A stretch of DNA of 64,000 nt from an uncultured Nitrospiraceae bacterium (GCA_963727775.1 CAVSHB010000002.1:160001-224000); one strand, 5' to 3'. Positions 39,355 to 51,311 are shown, counted from the first letter of the stretch. The notes: generated by a model not told the origin, from the letters alone. Program-made: numbers and translations.

Positions 39355-40443
39355 ATGGCTAACGAAGTAAAAGATTACTATAAGACCCTCGGAGTGGATA
39401 AAAATGCTCAGCCGGATGATATGAAGAAGGCATTCAGGAAGCTTGCGCGCAAATATCATCCTGACCTGAATCCCGGCGACAAAGTCGCGGAACACAAGTT
39501 CAAGGAACTGAACGAAGCATACGAGGTTTTAAGCAACCCCAAGAAAAAGGCCGAATATGACCAGTTCGGCAGTTCTCCGTTCGGGGCCGGCGGGCAGGGA
39601 TTTGAAGGGTTCAGGACATACGATTTCAGGGATACATCCGACTTTGGCGGCGCCGGTGATATTTTTGCTGACCTTTTCGGCTCCAGAGGGGCCCCTGAAT
39701 ATTACTCCAAAGGCCACGATATGGTTATGGGCCTTGAGCTTTCTCTTGAAGAGGCATTTTCAGGCGCAACAAAACCGATCACTTTTAATAGGGAGATTGC
39801 GTGCGCGGCATGTAATGGTTCAGGCGCTGAATCATCCCAGGTCTGTAACGTATGTAAAGGCGCCGGGAGTATTAATACTTCAAAAGGTTTTTTCAAGATG
39901 TCCCAGGCTTGCGCCTCATGCGGCGGCACAGGAAGAAAGACGATAAAAGCCTGTACGATCTGCAGGGGGAAGGGTAAGAATTTCCATGCCGAAACTCTGA
40001 AGGTAAGGATCCCGAGAGGCGCTGATAATGGCTCCAGGGTAAAGCTAAAGGGTATGGGCGGACCGGGGATAGGAGGCGGACCTCCGGGCGACCTCTTCAT
40101 AGAAATTACAGTAAAACCGCACCGGGTATTTAAAAGGAAAGGGAATGATATTTTCCTTGATCTTCCTGTGACCTTTAGCGAGGCGGCCCTCGGCGCAAAG
40201 ATAGAAGTGCCGACAATGGACGGGGTAGCAGCCATGACATTGCCGCCGGGCACGCAAGGCGGACAGCGGTTAAAGCTTTCAGGGAAAGGGTTCCCTTCAG
40301 CGAAGACCGGTGAGAGGGGCAACCAGTATGTGGACATAAAGATTATTGTGCCGAAGGGTCTCGATGAGAAGGCAAAGGACACAATCAGAGAGGTAGAATC
40401 TTTATACAAGGAAAATCCACGAAGGGGGTTATTACAGAAATGA
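39355..40443 (+). CDS. dnaJ: Molecular chaperone DnaJ
   Basis: J-domain HPD, G/F region, four CxxCxGxG zinc-finger repeats. Confidence 0.94.
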   Translation: MANEVKDYYKTLGVDKNAQPDDMKKAFRKLARKYHPDLNPGDKVAEHKFKELNEAYEVLSNPKKKAEYDQFGSSPFGAGGQGFEGFRTYDFRDTSDFGGAGDIFADLFGSRGAPEYYSKGHDMVMGLELSLEEAFSGATKPITFNREIACAACNGSGAESSQVCNVCKGAGSINTSKGFFKMSQACASCGGTGRKTIKACTICRGKGKNFHAETLKVRIPRGADNGSRVKLKGMGGPGIGGGPPGDLFIEITVKPHRVFKRKGNDIFLDLPVTFSEAALGAKIEVPTMDGVAAMTLPPGTQGGQRLKLSGKGFPSAKTGERGNQYVDIKIIVPKGLDEKAKDTIREVESLYKENPRRGLLQK

Positions 40444-40790
40444 TAAACTCCGGGGATAAAAAACAACCTTTATTTATGATAAGTGTAGTTTCGAAGATAC
40501 TGCGGGTCCATCCTCAAACCCTGCGGCTTTACGAGCGTGAAGGGCTGATTACCCCGCAGAGGACGAAGAGAACGAGACTCTATTCACAGGAGGACATCGA
40601 AAGATTGGCCATGATCCTTCGTCTCACGAGGGAGCTCGGTGTCAACAGATCGGGTGTCGATATAATACTGAGGCTCAGACACAGGCTGGAAACTTTTCAG
40701 AAAGAGATGGAAGAAATGATGAGCTTTCTTGAAGAAGATACAAGAAGAGATTTTATCAGGAGGTTCAGAAAGATTTTTTCAGAGGAGTAA
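40440..40790 (+). CDS. hspR: MerR-family heat-shock repressor, HspR-like
   Basis: MISVVSKILRVHPQTLRLYEREGL...RLYS...LGVN; located between dnaJ and clpB. Confidence 0.82.
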   Translation: MINSGDKKQPLFMISVVSKILRVHPQTLRLYEREGLITPQRTKRTRLYSQEDIERLAMILRLTRELGVNRSGVDIILRLRHRLETFQKEMEEMMSFLEEDTRRDFIRRFRKIFSEE

Positions 40791-40874
40791 CCCCACCCAT
40801 CCTGTAACCTCCTTTCATCCCCCTTAATTTAAGGGGGAAAGAGGGGGTTAAGGGAGGAGCGAGGAGGGGTTATC
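40791..40874. repeat. C-rich/G-rich palindromic REP-like element
   Basis: Core 40805-40850 TAACCTCCTTTCATCCCCCTTAATTTAAGGGGGAAAGAGGGGGTTA folds as a long imperfect hairpin. Confidence 0.7.
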
Positions 40875-40899
40875 GTGGAAGTATTAAGGAGGTTTTTCA

Positions 40900-43548
40900 A
40901 TGGATAAATTTACGATAAAGAGCCAGGAGGCTATACAGGAGGCGCAGAAGATTGCCGAGAGAAAAGGCAATCAGCAGATTGACGCCGAGCATCTGCTCTG
41001 GGCGCTCCTCGATGACGAAGAAGGTGTTGCCGCACAGATACTGAAAAGAATAGGGGTTAATACAAAATCTCTTCGACAGGATGTTGAAGAGGCCGTGGAT
41101 AAATTTCCGAAAGTTATCGGCGCAACGCCAGTGGGACAGATTTATATATCGCCAAGGCTGAAACAGGTATTTGAAAACGCGCAGCAAAGCGCAGAGCATC
41201 TAAAAGATGAATATGTAAGCGTGGAGCATTTACTTTTTGCGCTGGTATCAATAGGAGGGCCGTGCTCCGACATCCTGAAGAAATATGGCGTGACCGCCGA
41301 TAAGATGCTTTCGGCCATGAGAGAAATAAGGGGGGCGCAGCGCGTGACGGACCCGAATCCTGAAGAGAAATATCAGGCACTGAAGAGATACAGCCGCGAC
41401 CTTACGGAGCTTGCAAAAAAGGGAAAGCTTGACCCTGTCATCGGCAGGGATGACGAGATACGGCGGATAATACAGGTATTGTCGAGGCGGACTAAGAACA
41501 ACCCCGTGCTTATCGGTGAGCCCGGCGTCGGAAAGACCGCTATCGCGGAAGGGCTTGCGGAGAGGATAGTTGCCGGAGATGTGCCCGAGACGTTGAAAGA
41601 CAAGAAAGTCGTTGCCCTTGATATGGGTGCGATAGTTGCGGGTTCAAAGTTCAGGGGAGAGTTTGAGGAAAGATTAAAGGCGGTCCTGAAGGACATCGAG
41701 CAGGCAGAGGGTAAGGTTATCCTGTTCATAGACGAGCTTCATACTTTGGTCGGCGCCGGGGCTGCGGAAGGCGCTATCGATGCGTCGAACATGCTTAAAC
41801 CCGCACTCGCGAGGGGCGACTTGAGATGCGTTGGAGCAACTACAATCGATGAATACCGAAAACACATTGAAAAAGACCCGGCATTCGAGAGGAGGTTCCA
41901 GCCTATACTTATTAAGGAGCCGAATGTTGAAGATACGATCTCGATCCTGCGCGGTCTCAAGGAAAGATATGAGGTCCATCACGGCGTCAGGATAAAAGAC
42001 TCCGCATTGATTTCCGCCGCGGTATTGTCAAATAGGTATATCACAGACAGGTTCCTTCCGGATAAGGCGATTGACCTTATCGATGAGGCTGCTTCCAAGC
42101 TCAGGATGGAGATAGACAGCATGCCCACTGAGCTTGACGAAATTGAGAGAAAGCTCCGCCAGTACGAGATAGAAAAACAGGCGGTAATGAGAGACGGGAA
42201 GGAATCCAAAGAAAGGCTGGATAAGATTCTAAAAGAAATGGCTGAACTGCAGGGAAAGCGGGATGAATTACGGGCGCAATGGATGAGCGAGAAGGAAATA
42301 ATCTCAAAGATACGGGATTATAAGGAGCGGATCGAAAAGACAAAGATAGAGTCTGAGAGGGCGGAGCGCGAAGGCGACCTGACCAAGGCTTCGGAACTGA
42401 GATATGGAAAGTTACTCGAACTCCAGAGGTACCTTGAAGTAGAGAACAAGCAACTTTCCGAAACCCAGAAAAGAAGGAAGATGTTGAAAGAAGAGGTGGA
42501 TGAAGAGGATATCGCAGAGGTTGTCTCCAAGTGGACGGGCATACCCGTGAGCAGGATGCTCGAGGGAGAGGTGCAGAAGCTGCTCCAGATGGATGACCGC
42601 TTGAAACAAAGGGTGGTCGGCCAGGACGAGGCAATCGAGGCTGTATCAAACGCAGTAAGAAGGGCGCGCGCCGGCATCCAGGACCCTAACAGGCCTATAG
42701 GATCTTTTATCTTCCTGGGGCCTACCGGTGTCGGGAAGACCGAGCTTGCAAGGGCCTTGGCGGAATTCCTGTTTGACGACGAAAACGCTATGATACGGAT
42801 CGACATGACCGAGTATCAAGAGAGACACACAGTGTCGAGGCTTATCGGCGCCCCTCCCGGATATGTAGGTTATGAAGAAGGCGGCCAGCTAACAGAGGCT
42901 GTCAGAAGAAAGCCGTATTCTGTAGTCTTATTCGATGAGGTTGAAAAGGCGCATCCCGAGGTATTCAACCTCCTGTTGCAGTTGCTGGATGACGGAAGAC
43001 TTACTGACAGCCATGGTAGGACCGTCGATTTCAGGAACACTGTTATCATCATGACCTCAAATATAGGCGGCGCGCATATACAGGAGATGCTCGAAGAGCG
43101 GGCCAAGAGACCTGAGGCCTATTGGGTCATCAACAACACAGAATTGAAAGAGAAGATATTCGGAGACCTGAAAGAATTTTTCAGGCCTGAGTTCCTGAAC
43201 AGGGTTGACGAAATTATCGTCTTCAACCCTTTGACAAAAGAGCTTCTCAAACAGATCGTAGAGATACAGGTGAACAGGATGAAGAAATTTATCAAAGAGA
43301 AAAACATCGACATAAAACTTACGGACAGCGCCAAAGAGTATTTTTCAGAAATCGGTTTTGATACCGCTTATGGGGCAAGGCCATTGAAAAGGGCATTGCA
43401 GCGGGAGATTCTGAACCCTTTGGCATTGAAAATTCTTGGTAAGACATTCAGGGATGGTGACACGGTTCTGGTCGAGTTTGAGAATGAAAAAATTACCTTC
43501 ATGAAGGAGATGACTGCCGAGATAGAGGCATATCAAATAGATAAATAG
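40900..43548 (+). CDS. clpB: ATP-dependent chaperone ClpB
   Basis: Clp N-domain, GEPGVGKT, coiled-coil M domain, [17 protein letters not shown]. Confidence 0.97.
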   Translation: MDKFTIKSQEAIQEAQKIAERKGNQQIDAEHLLWALLDDEEGVAAQILKRIGVNTKSLRQDVEEAVDKFPKVIGATPVGQIYISPRLKQVFENAQQSAEHLKDEYVSVEHLLFALVSIGGPCSDILKKYGVTADKMLSAMREIRGAQRVTDPNPEEKYQALKRYSRDLTELAKKGKLDPVIGRDDEIRRIIQVLSRRTKNNPVLIGEPGVGKTAIAEGLAERIVAGDVPETLKDKKVVALDMGAIVAGSKFRGEFEERLKAVLKDIEQAEGKVILFIDELHTLVGAGAAEGAIDASNMLKPALARGDLRCVGATTIDEYRKHIEKDPAFERRFQPILIKEPNVEDTISILRGLKERYEVHHGVRIKDSALISAAVLSNRYITDRFLPDKAIDLIDEAASKLRMEIDSMPTELDEIERKLRQYEIEKQAVMRDGKESKERLDKILKEMAELQGKRDELRAQWMSEKEIISKIRDYKERIEKTKIESERAEREGDLTKASELRYGKLLELQRYLEVENKQLSETQKRRKMLKEEVDEEDIAEVVSKWTGIPVSRMLEGEVQKLLQMDDRLKQRVVGQDEAIEAVSNAVRRARAGIQDPNRPIGSFIFLGPTGVGKTELARALAEFLFDDENAMIRIDMTEYQERHTVSRLIGAPPGYVGYEEGGQLTEAVRRKPYSVVLFDEVEKAHPEVFNLLLQLLDDGRLTDSHGRTVDFRNTVIIMTSNIGGAHIQEMLEERAKRPEAYWVINNTELKEKIFGDLKEFFRPEFLNRVDEIIVFNPLTKELLKQIVEIQVNRMKKFIKEKNIDIKLTDSAKEYFSEIGFDTAYGARPLKRALQREILNPLALKILGKTFRDGDTVLVEFENEKITFMKEMTAEIEAYQIDK

Positions 43549-43550
43549 AC

Positions 43551-43570
43551 GGCAGGCATATATGCCTGCC
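43551..43570. terminator. Hairpin between convergent clpB and DHH genes
   Basis: GGCAGGCATATATGCCTGCC perfect palindrome; no U-tract. Confidence 0.55.
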
Positions 43571-43580
43571 ATGCAATGCA

Positions 43581-44534
43581 TTAGGTGATGTCTGCCTGCC
43601 GGATTGCATTTAATAGGAGATTCTTTGCCGATTCAATGCCGCCCTTTATTTTGCAACCTGCAGCATTTTTATGGCCGCCGCCTCCGAAGTGGGCTGCAAT
43701 CGTTGCAACATTTGTATTCCCCTTTGAACGAAGGCTTACCTTCCATTCATACCCGTCTATTTCTCTAAAGAAAGCCGAGATCTTGATATCATTCATCATT
43801 CTCGGGAGGCCGGAAAAATTTTCAGTGTCTTCAGGCCCCGCCCCCGTCTTTTTAAACATTTCTTTGTCGACATATGTAAAAGCAATACTGTCTATTATTT
43901 CAAGGGTATTTAAGGCCATTATAAGCAGGCTAAACCTTTTCTCGGACCATGTCTCGTAAAGGTTATTGGCTATATAGCCCGGTCTCGCGCCTGCTTCAGC
44001 AAGTTCAGATGCAACACTTAAGACCTCGGCTGTTGTGTTCCCGAACCTGAATGTGCCCGTATCAATGGCAATAGCAGTATAAAGGTTGACCGCGATCTCT
44101 TTTGTCAACTCCAGCCCCAGTTCCTTTATGATGTAAAAGACCATTAATCCGGTTGCAGCTGCCTTTGGTTTTATCCATTTTATGTCACCGAATTCGGCCT
44201 CTGTCTCATGGTGGTCTATTACAGCCGAAGATTTGAAATTCAGTCCTTCTATGCCGGCCCTTTCAGGGGTATTGCAATCAAGCAGAACAAGGTTCATATT
44301 TGAAGTCTGAACGCCCTGGACTGACTGGATGACCCTCTCTTGCCCGGGCAGATACTTGTAAATCCCGGGAACTCCGTCGCGGTCATAAACAATTGTTTTT
44401 TCCCCGAGCTTTTCCAGTGCAGTTGAAAGGGCGAGTGAAGAGCCGATCGCATCGCCTTCGGGGTTAATGTGAGTTGCTATAAAAAAGTCGTTTTTATCTG
44501 TCAGATACGAGAGGAGTTCAGTCGGAACCTTCAT
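43581..44534 (-). CDS. nrnA: DHH-family phosphoesterase (NrnA-like)
   Basis: THINPEGDAIGS, IDHH, DTGTFR, SLRS, GGGGHKNAAG. Confidence 0.9.
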   Translation of the reverse strand: MKVPTELLSYLTDKNDFFIATHINPEGDAIGSSLALSTALEKLGEKTIVYDRDGVPGIYKYLPGQERVIQSVQGVQTSNMNLVLLDCNTPERAGIEGLNFKSSAVIDHHETEAEFGDIKWIKPKAAATGLMVFYIIKELGLELTKEIAVNLYTAIAIDTGTFRFGNTTAEVLSVASELAEAGARPGYIANNLYETWSEKRFSLLIMALNTLEIIDSIAFTYVDKEMFKKTGAGPEDTENFSGLPRMMNDIKISAFFREIDGYEWKVSLRSKGNTNVATIAAHFGGGGHKNAAGCKIKGGIESAKNLLLNAIRQADIT

Positions 44535-44877
44535 CTTTACCCTTGATGTCGTTAAGGAGCTTTTCTATCTTGCTCCCGTATTCTATGGAAGTATCAAGCC
44601 GGAAATCTATACTCGGTATGTATCTCAGCTTGACCCTCCTCGAAAGCTCGGAACGGACAAAGCTTTTTGCGGATTTCAGGATATCGAGCGTCGTCTCCCG
44701 CTCTTCTTCTTTAAGAACGCTAATATAGACCAAGGCGATTTTGAGGTCTTCAGTAACGTCAACCCCCGTGACTGTTATGAAGCCGATTCTCGGGTCCTTC
44801 AGTTTGTGCATGATTATATCAGCTATCTCTTCTCGCAGGAGATCGCTGACTCTCTGGGATCTTTTATAAGGAAGCAT
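44518..44877 (-). CDS. rbfA: Ribosome-binding factor A
   Basis: RSQRVSDLLREEIA, KDPRIGFITVTGVDVTEDL, LRYIPSIDFRLD. Confidence 0.96.
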   Translation of the reverse strand: MLPYKRSQRVSDLLREEIADIIMHKLKDPRIGFITVTGVDVTEDLKIALVYISVLKEEERETTLDILKSAKSFVRSELSRRVKLRYIPSIDFRLDTSIEYGSKIEKLLNDIKGKDEGSD

Positions 44878-44887
44878 CTATACTCCT

Positions 44888-45006
44888 GAAATTCTAAATC
44901 CTGATATCGAAATATTAAATAAGCTCAAAGTAAAATTGAGCAATAAATTGAATTTTGAGCTTTGACATTTAAGCTTGGAATTTCGTATTTCGAATTTAGA
45001 GATTAG
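44888..45006. repeat. Inverted heptamer-repeat element between infB and rbfA
   Basis: GAAATTC TAAATCC TGATATC GAAATAT ... AATTTCG TATTTCG AATTTAG AGATTAG; the two arms are roughly reverse complementary. Confidence 0.7.
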
Positions 45007-45016
45007 AACGTTATTT

Positions 45017-47299
45017 TTATAATTTCGCAGCTATCTTTTCGATAATATAATTTTCAATGATATCCCCGACTTTCAGGTCATTGAAATTTTCTACCATAAT
45101 ACCGCATTCATATCCGGTCTGTACCTCTTTGACATCTTCTTTGAATCTCTTAAGGGAGCTTATCTTGCCTTCATACACCACTATATTGTCTCTTATTATT
45201 CTTACCCCGTCGCTTGACCGGCTTATGGAGCCATCGACTACATAACAGCCCGCGATCGTCCCGATCCTTGAAACAGGAAATAGCTGGCGGACCTCGGCTC
45301 TTCCAAGGATTTTTTCCCTGAGGGTCGGTTCAAGAAGTCCCTCCAACGCTTTCTTGACTTCTTCAATGGCTTCGTATATCACGTTATACAGCCTTATATC
45401 GACGCCTTCTTTATCCGCGACCTGTGAAGCTTTCAACTCAGGTCTTACATTGAACCCTATTATTATCGCGCTTGAAGCGGTAGCAAGCATGACATCCGAT
45501 TCGTTTATCCCGCCCACTGACGAGTGTATGACTTTCACCTTTACCTCTGGGTGTGTAATGTTTTCGAGGGCGTCTTTCATCGCTTCGACAGAGCCTTGAA
45601 CATCACCTTTGATAATAATGTTCAGTTCCCTTATCTCTCCCTCTTTAATTTTTGCATAAAGTTCATCGAGTGTAAGCTTTCTTGTCCTTGCTATCTCGGC
45701 GAGCTTATGTTTCTGCTGACGCGCCAGAGCTATCTGTCTTGCCCTCTTTTCATCTTCAACGGCTGTGAAGATATCTCCCGATGAAGGAACATCAGAAAAT
45801 CCGATGACCTCAACAGGTGTTGAGGGCCCGGCCACTGTCATCCTCTTACCGCTGTCATTGATGAGCGCTCTGACTTTTCCCGCGTGGGGACCTGCAATAA
45901 ATGCGTCCCCGATCTTCAGGGTGCCCGATTGTACGAGCACCGTTGCTACAGGACCTCTCCCTTTATCCAATTTTGCCTCGATTATAGTGCCGCGGGCGGG
46001 TTTATCAGGGTTTGCCTTGAGTTCCATTACCTCGGCCTGGAGCAGGATCATCTCAAGCAGGCGTTCTATCCCCAAACGTTTTTTGGCGGAGACTTCTACA
46101 AAGATGTTCTGTCCGCCCCATTCCTCGGATATTACGCCGCGTTCTGAAAGTTCATTCTTCACCTTAGAAGGATTGGCCTCGGGCTTATCTATCTTATTTA
46201 TCGCTACTACAATAGGAACATTTGCAGCTTTTGCATGGTTAATGGCCTCAACGGTCTGCGGCATAACGCCGTCGTCCGCGGCAACGACAAGGACAACGAT
46301 ATCAGTTACCTTGGCCCCTCTTGCCCTCATAGAGGTAAATGCCTCATGGCCCGGCGTGTCGAGGAATACAATTTCTTTTCCCTTTAGATTGACCCTGTAT
46401 GCGCCGATGTGCTGTGTAATGCCGCCTGCTTCAGTCTCGGTGACCCTCGTCTCCCTGATTGCGTCCAGGAGTGATGTCTTCCCGTGGTCTACGTGTCCCA
46501 TAATGGTTATAACAGGAGGTCGCGGCAACAAAGCAGTCTTGTCTTCAGGCGCTTCTATATCAACCGTGTCTTCTTCAATAGGAGAGAGTTCGAGCTTTAC
46601 GCCAAAGCCCTCTGCAATTAATAGTGCGGCGTCGGTGTCGACAGGCTGGTTTATTGTCGGCATATAGCCAAGTTCCATAAACTTCTTTATAACATCGGAG
46701 AGCTTGACGCTTATCAGTTCGGCAAATTCTTTTACAGTGCTGCCTTCCTGGAGTTTCAGCATTTTTTTTCTTGGCACTACAAGCTGTGTCTGGGGTTTGC
46801 GTTCCTCTGAATGGAATGACCTGCCCCTCCCGTGCCTCTGACCTGGCCGCTGCTCCCATCTCTTCGGCTCTATCTTTCTGATAGTCTGGAAAGCCCTCTG
46901 CATTCCCGGTTTAGCTTTGAATTTTTCTATTTTTTCTACCTCGATCTCTTTTTTGAACCTGTCGGGTATCTTCAGCTCTTCTTCCTCTAATGCCGTTTTT
47001 ACGACCGTTTCAGGTTTTTTGTCTTCCACTGGAGGCTTAGTTTCAAGGTGTTCTTCGGGGGATGTCTCAACAGAAGTTTTGATGGGTTCTCCTTTCAATT
47101 GTGTTTTTTCAGGAGAAGGTACTTTCGCTGGTCCGACAACTTTCTTGCGCATCATGTTTTCTATTTTTTGGGCGAGTTCGGGTTCGATACTTGAGGAATG
47201 GGTCTTGCCTTCCACACCGAGCTTTAAAAGCTCTCCCAGGATAACCTTGTTTGCTACTCCCAATTTTTTAGCCAGTTCATAAATTCTTATTTTATTCAT
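45017..47299 (-). CDS. infB: Translation initiation factor IF-2
   Basis: RIYELAK N-domain, [34 protein letters not shown]. Confidence 0.98.
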   Translation of the reverse strand: MNKIRIYELAKKLGVANKVILGELLKLGVEGKTHSSSIEPELAQKIENMMRKKVVGPAKVPSPEKTQLKGEPIKTSVETSPEEHLETKPPVEDKKPETVVKTALEEEELKIPDRFKKEIEVEKIEKFKAKPGMQRAFQTIRKIEPKRWEQRPGQRHGRGRSFHSEERKPQTQLVVPRKKMLKLQEGSTVKEFAELISVKLSDVIKKFMELGYMPTINQPVDTDAALLIAEGFGVKLELSPIEEDTVDIEAPEDKTALLPRPPVITIMGHVDHGKTSLLDAIRETRVTETEAGGITQHIGAYRVNLKGKEIVFLDTPGHEAFTSMRARGAKVTDIVVLVVAADDGVMPQTVEAINHAKAANVPIVVAINKIDKPEANPSKVKNELSERGVISEEWGGQNIFVEVSAKKRLGIERLLEMILLQAEVMELKANPDKPARGTIIEAKLDKGRGPVATVLVQSGTLKIGDAFIAGPHAGKVRALINDSGKRMTVAGPSTPVEVIGFSDVPSSGDIFTAVEDEKRARQIALARQQKHKLAEIARTRKLTLDELYAKIKEGEIRELNIIIKGDVQGSVEAMKDALENITHPEVKVKVIHSSVGGINESDVMLATASSAIIIGFNVRPELKASQVADKEGVDIRLYNVIYEAIEEVKKALEGLLEPTLREKILGRAEVRQLFPVSRIGTIAGCYVVDGSISRSSDGVRIIRDNIVVYEGKISSLKRFKEDVKEVQTGYECGIMVENFNDLKVGDIIENYIIEKIAAKL

Positions 47300-47426
47300 G
47301 TATTCTCAGCCTTTATCCTAAAACCATGTTTGTCATTGAGATTCTTCGGTAGTTACTCTTGTCACAAAAGCAACTAAATGTTATCATATTAAACCTGTTT
47401 AATGCAACGAGTAAAGGAGGATAAAT

Positions 47427-47615
47427 ATGGCAAGTTGTGCTGTATGCGGGAAACAGAGATCGATGGGCAATAATGTCAGCCACGCCAACAATAGATCAAA
47501 GAAGGTGATAATGCCTAACCTGCAAAGGATGCGCATAGTGATCGGCAAGAGTATAAAGAAGGTCTATGTTTGCACAAGATGTCTCCGGTCGAAATCAGTT
47601 AAGAAAGCTGTTTAA
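47427..47615 (+). CDS. rpmB: 50S ribosomal protein L28
   Basis: [15 protein letters not shown]...PNLQ...VCTRCLRS. Confidence 0.96.
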   Translation: MASCAVCGKQRSMGNNVSHANNRSKKVIMPNLQRMRIVIGKSIKKVYVCTRCLRSKSVKKAV

Positions 47616-48079
47616 TGAAAAGGGTAGCTTCACTACTGTCACCGTTTATTAAGGAATTAGGTATCGTGGATGGTGTGAAGCTCTCTGAAATTAAAAGGGA
47701 TTGGTACGTCCTGTTTCAAAAACCCCTTTCATTTCATATGTATCCTTCCGTGCTTTCCAAAGGAGAGCTTCTCCTCAACGTTGATTCACCTGTCTGGCTC
47801 CAGGAGCTGAATTTTTTCAGGGGAGAGATACTGAAGAAGCTGAGTTCTTATAATGTTAAAGCGCTGCGGTTCAGACTCGGCAGGGTTTCAGCAGACATAA
47901 AGCCGGAAGACAGCAGCGGGACGACGACCCGGGAAAAGCCGAAAGGGAAAATACTTACCGCAGAGGAACAGTCTTATATTCAGCAAACGGTTTTAAGAAT
48001 AAACGATGACGCGCTGAGGGTGGCCGTAAAAACCGTGATCGAGAAAGCTGTTACCTGCGGGAGAACAAAACTGAATTAA
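47615..48079 (+). CDS. DUF721 / DciA-family protein
   Basis: W...LLLNVDSPVWLQELNFFRGEILKKL...LRFRLG. Confidence 0.75.
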   Translation: MKRVASLLSPFIKELGIVDGVKLSEIKRDWYVLFQKPLSFHMYPSVLSKGELLLNVDSPVWLQELNFFRGEILKKLSSYNVKALRFRLGRVSADIKPEDSSGTTTREKPKGKILTAEEQSYIQQTVLRINDDALRVAVKTVIEKAVTCGRTKLN

Positions 48080-48148
48080 GAGTCGAAAATTAATACTGAT
48101 AATTTGATGCATATATTTTCAGACTCTTAATCCTTAACTTTTGTTCTA

Positions 48149-49390
48149 TTAAGCCGATTCCGCCTTCTTTTCGAAAACAAGGATAGGTTTCTCCCTGTTT
48201 ACAATAGTATCTTCCGTGATCATACACTCCTTGATCCCGCTTTGCGAAGGTATCTCATACATTACGTCAAGCATGATTTCTTCAAGTATTGACCTTAACC
48301 CACGTGCGCCGCTTTTCCGCTTAATGGCCTTTTTTGCTATTGCCGACAGCGCGCTCTCGGTAAATTTCAGCCTGACATTATCAAACGAGAGGAGCTTCTG
48401 ATATTGTTTCATTAATGCGTTTTTGGGCTCTGTCAGTATCTTTATCAGGGCCGGTTCATCAAGTTCGTCAAGGGCCGCCACAACGGGCATCCTTCCGACA
48501 AACTCAGGTATGAGTCCATATTTAATAAGATCCGCGGGCTCGACAAGACTGAGAATCTCTCCGATCTTTCTTTCTTTTCTTTGAACGGTATCGGAGATAA
48601 ATCCTACTGTCTTTTTCCCGATTCTCTGCTCTATCACAGTGTCCAATCCTATAAAGGCCCCGCCGCATATAAACAGGATATTCGTAGTGTCTACCTGGAT
48701 ATATTCCTGCTGCGGGTGTTTTCTGCCGCCCTGGGGAGGGATATTCGCCGTTGTCCCCTCGATCAATTTGAGCAATGCCTGTTGCACACCTTCACCTGAT
48801 ACGTCCCTCGTGATAGATGGGTTTTCTGTTTTCCTGCTGATCTTGTCAATTTCATCGATATAGACAATTCCCCTTTGGGCTTTTTCGGTGTCGTAATCAG
48901 CCGCCTGCAATAATTTCAGTATTATATTTTCGACATCTTCTCCAACATATCCGGCCTCAGTAAGAGTTGTAGCGTCAGCTATGGCAAATGGGACATCGAG
49001 TATCTTAGCCAATGTCTGGGCAAACAATGTCTTGCCTGTGCCTGTGGGTCCCGCAAGGAGGATGTTGCTTTTCTGCAATTCCACGTCTGATGTAACAGGA
49101 CTGTATATCCTCTTGTAGTGGTTATGCACGGCTACCGCCAATATCTTCTTTGCCCTCTCCTGTCCTATAACATACTCACTCAGGAACTGATATATCTCCT
49201 TCGGTGTAGGGAGCCTGGGGAAAGAGGGGACCTTCACCTCTTCATGCAGCGTGTCCGCAATGATCTCATTGCATAACTCTACACACTCATTACATATATA
49301 AACGGTGGGGCCCGCGATCAGCTTCTTGACCTCTGCATGGCCTTTCCCGCAGAACGAGCATTTCAGCGCATTCTCGTCTTTTTTAGCCAT
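48149..49390 (-). CDS. clpX: ATP-dependent Clp protease ATP-binding subunit
   Basis: CSFCGK zinc finger, [31 protein letters not shown]. Confidence 0.98.
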   Translation of the reverse strand: MAKKDENALKCSFCGKGHAEVKKLIAGPTVYICNECVELCNEIIADTLHEEVKVPSFPRLPTPKEIYQFLSEYVIGQERAKKILAVAVHNHYKRIYSPVTSDVELQKSNILLAGPTGTGKTLFAQTLAKILDVPFAIADATTLTEAGYVGEDVENIILKLLQAADYDTEKAQRGIVYIDEIDKISRKTENPSITRDVSGEGVQQALLKLIEGTTANIPPQGGRKHPQQEYIQVDTTNILFICGGAFIGLDTVIEQRIGKKTVGFISDTVQRKERKIGEILSLVEPADLIKYGLIPEFVGRMPVVAALDELDEPALIKILTEPKNALMKQYQKLLSFDNVRLKFTESALSAIAKKAIKRKSGARGLRSILEEIMLDVMYEIPSQSGIKECMITEDTIVNREKPILVFEKKAESA

Positions 49391-49985
49391 TGGGCCTCCC
49401 GTCCTTAATGCTGCTGATCACTTCATCTACTACCCCGTATTCTTTTGCCTCCTGTCCCGACATAAAGAAATCCCTGTCTGTATCCGCCTGTATCTTTTTG
49501 AGTGTCTGCCCGGTGTGCGTTGAGATTATCTTATTCAATGTATCCTTCATCTTCAGTATCTCGCGCGCATGGATTTCGATATCAGTAGCCTGACCTTGAA
49601 ACCCCCCCATAGGCTGGTGCAGCATAATCCGTGAATTCGGCAAAGCAAATCTCTTGCCTTTTGTCCCTGCCGCAAGCAGCAGCGCCCCCATGCTGGCCGC
49701 CTGACCTATGCAATATGTTGCAATATCAGGCTTCACATATTGCATTGTATCGTATATCGCGAGACCGGATGATACAATGCCGCCCGGAGAGTTAATGTAC
49801 AGGTGTATGTCTTTGCCCGGGTCTTCTGTTTGGAGAAACAGCAACTGGGCAATGACTATGTTTGCAATATTGTCGTCTATCGCAGTCCCTGCAAAAATAA
49901 TCCGGTCTTTGAGCAGTCTTGAATAAATATCATAGGCCCTTTCAGTACGGCCTGTCTGCTCTATTACAATGGGAATAATACTCAT
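49383..49985 (-). CDS. clpP: ATP-dependent Clp protease proteolytic subunit
   Basis: [38 protein letters not shown]. Confidence 0.98.
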   Translation of the reverse strand: MSIIPIVIEQTGRTERAYDIYSRLLKDRIIFAGTAIDDNIANIVIAQLLFLQTEDPGKDIHLYINSPGGIVSSGLAIYDTMQYVKPDIATYCIGQAASMGALLLAAGTKGKRFALPNSRIMLHQPMGGFQGQATDIEIHAREILKMKDTLNKIISTHTGQTLKKIQADTDRDFFMSGQEAKEYGVVDEVISSIKDGRPNG

Positions 49986-51311
49986 CTATTCTCCTTTTTC
50001 AATTCTGGCCTTGGACAACAGCAGATCCATGACCTTCTCTTCAAATATTGAATGCTTGAATTCGTCCAGAGACCCCTGTTTATACATATAGAAACTTTTA
50101 ACGGCCTCGGGCGTTGCCGAGAGTCTTTTTGCGAGTAAGGCCATCCCTTCATCTACTTCCTTGTCTGTTACTATAACGCCTTCTTTCCGGCCGATTGTAT
50201 CGATGATGATAGATGCCTGAACATTCTTCACCGCTTTATGTTTCAGTTTGACCTGTGGGTCTTCGGTTTCTTCCTTGCCTTCGGTTTTCTCTCCTGCCGT
50301 CGTTTCTATTATATCCGATACGGATTCAACTAATGCCGTGTCATCCTGCGCATCAGAAACGCTCTGCTGCATCGAGAGCGCCTGGAGTTCTCTGTCCAAT
50401 AACGTTTCAGGCACATCAAAATTGTAAGATTCAAGCATCTTGTTGATGATCTCAGCCTTCTGTATCTTTTGAATCTGTTGTTTTTTAGCCGTGTATATTT
50501 TTTCTTTCAACTTCTCTCTCAGGTCGGACATATTCTCAAACCCGAGGTCCTTTGCGAACTCATCATCGATCCCCGGCAGTTTTTTCTTCTTTACCTCGCT
50601 TATGCTTACTTTTATATCGGCTGTTTTCCCTGCAAGTTCTTTCGGTTTGCTCTCATCGAATGCAACGTTGAACTCTACGATATCGCCCTTTTGCTTGCCC
50701 AATACTTTTTCCATTATGTCATGAGGAAATATCTCTTTGTCCATCTTTGATATCAATTCTTTGACGGAAGGTCCAGCTTCTTCGCCGTTTATTTCGCTTC
50801 CCACATGTTCAAACGATACAAGGTCATCCATTTCGACGTTCTTCTCAGCAACCTCGTATACAGCCTTCTGGTTCTGGAATCTTTTAATCAAGTCTTCTAC
50901 GTCGGAATCCTCAACGGTAAAAGGGATATCCTTTGCGCTGATGTTTTGATAATCAAGGTTTTCTATCTTCGGCACTACCTCGACTAAAAATGTCAGGTTG
51001 AGGGGACTGTTTCTCCTAAACTCCAATTTTTCTTCCAGGACCGGCATCGCTATCGGTTCGAGCGCAGCTTCTTTCAAAGCTGTGCCGAAGTATTCAGGGA
51101 CCAGCTTTTCGAGTACTTCTGCCTCCACATCTTTCCCAAAACGCTTTTCAATGAGATTAGTCGGGGCCTTGCCGGGTCTGAACCCAGGTATTCGCACCTG
51201 TTGTTTAAGTCTTTCGAGGGAACCGCTTATCTCCCTTTCGATCACATCTGCCGGTATTTCTATGCTGACACGTTTTTTTGTTGTGTTGATCTCTTCCACT
51301 GACTTAAGCAA
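49986..51311 (-). CDS. tig: Trigger factor
   Basis: IPGFRPGKAP signature; upstream of clpP; start set at TTG 51311 after a GGAGG SD. Confidence 0.94.
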   Translation of the reverse strand: MLKSVEEINTTKKRVSIEIPADVIEREISGSLERLKQQVRIPGFRPGKAPTNLIEKRFGKDVEAEVLEKLVPEYFGTALKEAALEPIAMPVLEEKLEFRRNSPLNLTFLVEVVPKIENLDYQNISAKDIPFTVEDSDVEDLIKRFQNQKAVYEVAEKNVEMDDLVSFEHVGSEINGEEAGPSVKELISKMDKEIFPHDIMEKVLGKQKGDIVEFNVAFDESKPKELAGKTADIKVSISEVKKKKLPGIDDEFAKDLGFENMSDLREKLKEKIYTAKKQQIQKIQKAEIINKMLESYNFDVPETLLDRELQALSMQQSVSDAQDDTALVESVSDIIETTAGEKTEGKEETEDPQVKLKHKAVKNVQASIIIDTIGRKEGVIVTDKEVDEGMALLAKRLSATPEAVKSFYMYKQGSLDEFKHSIFEEKVMDLLLSKARIEKGE

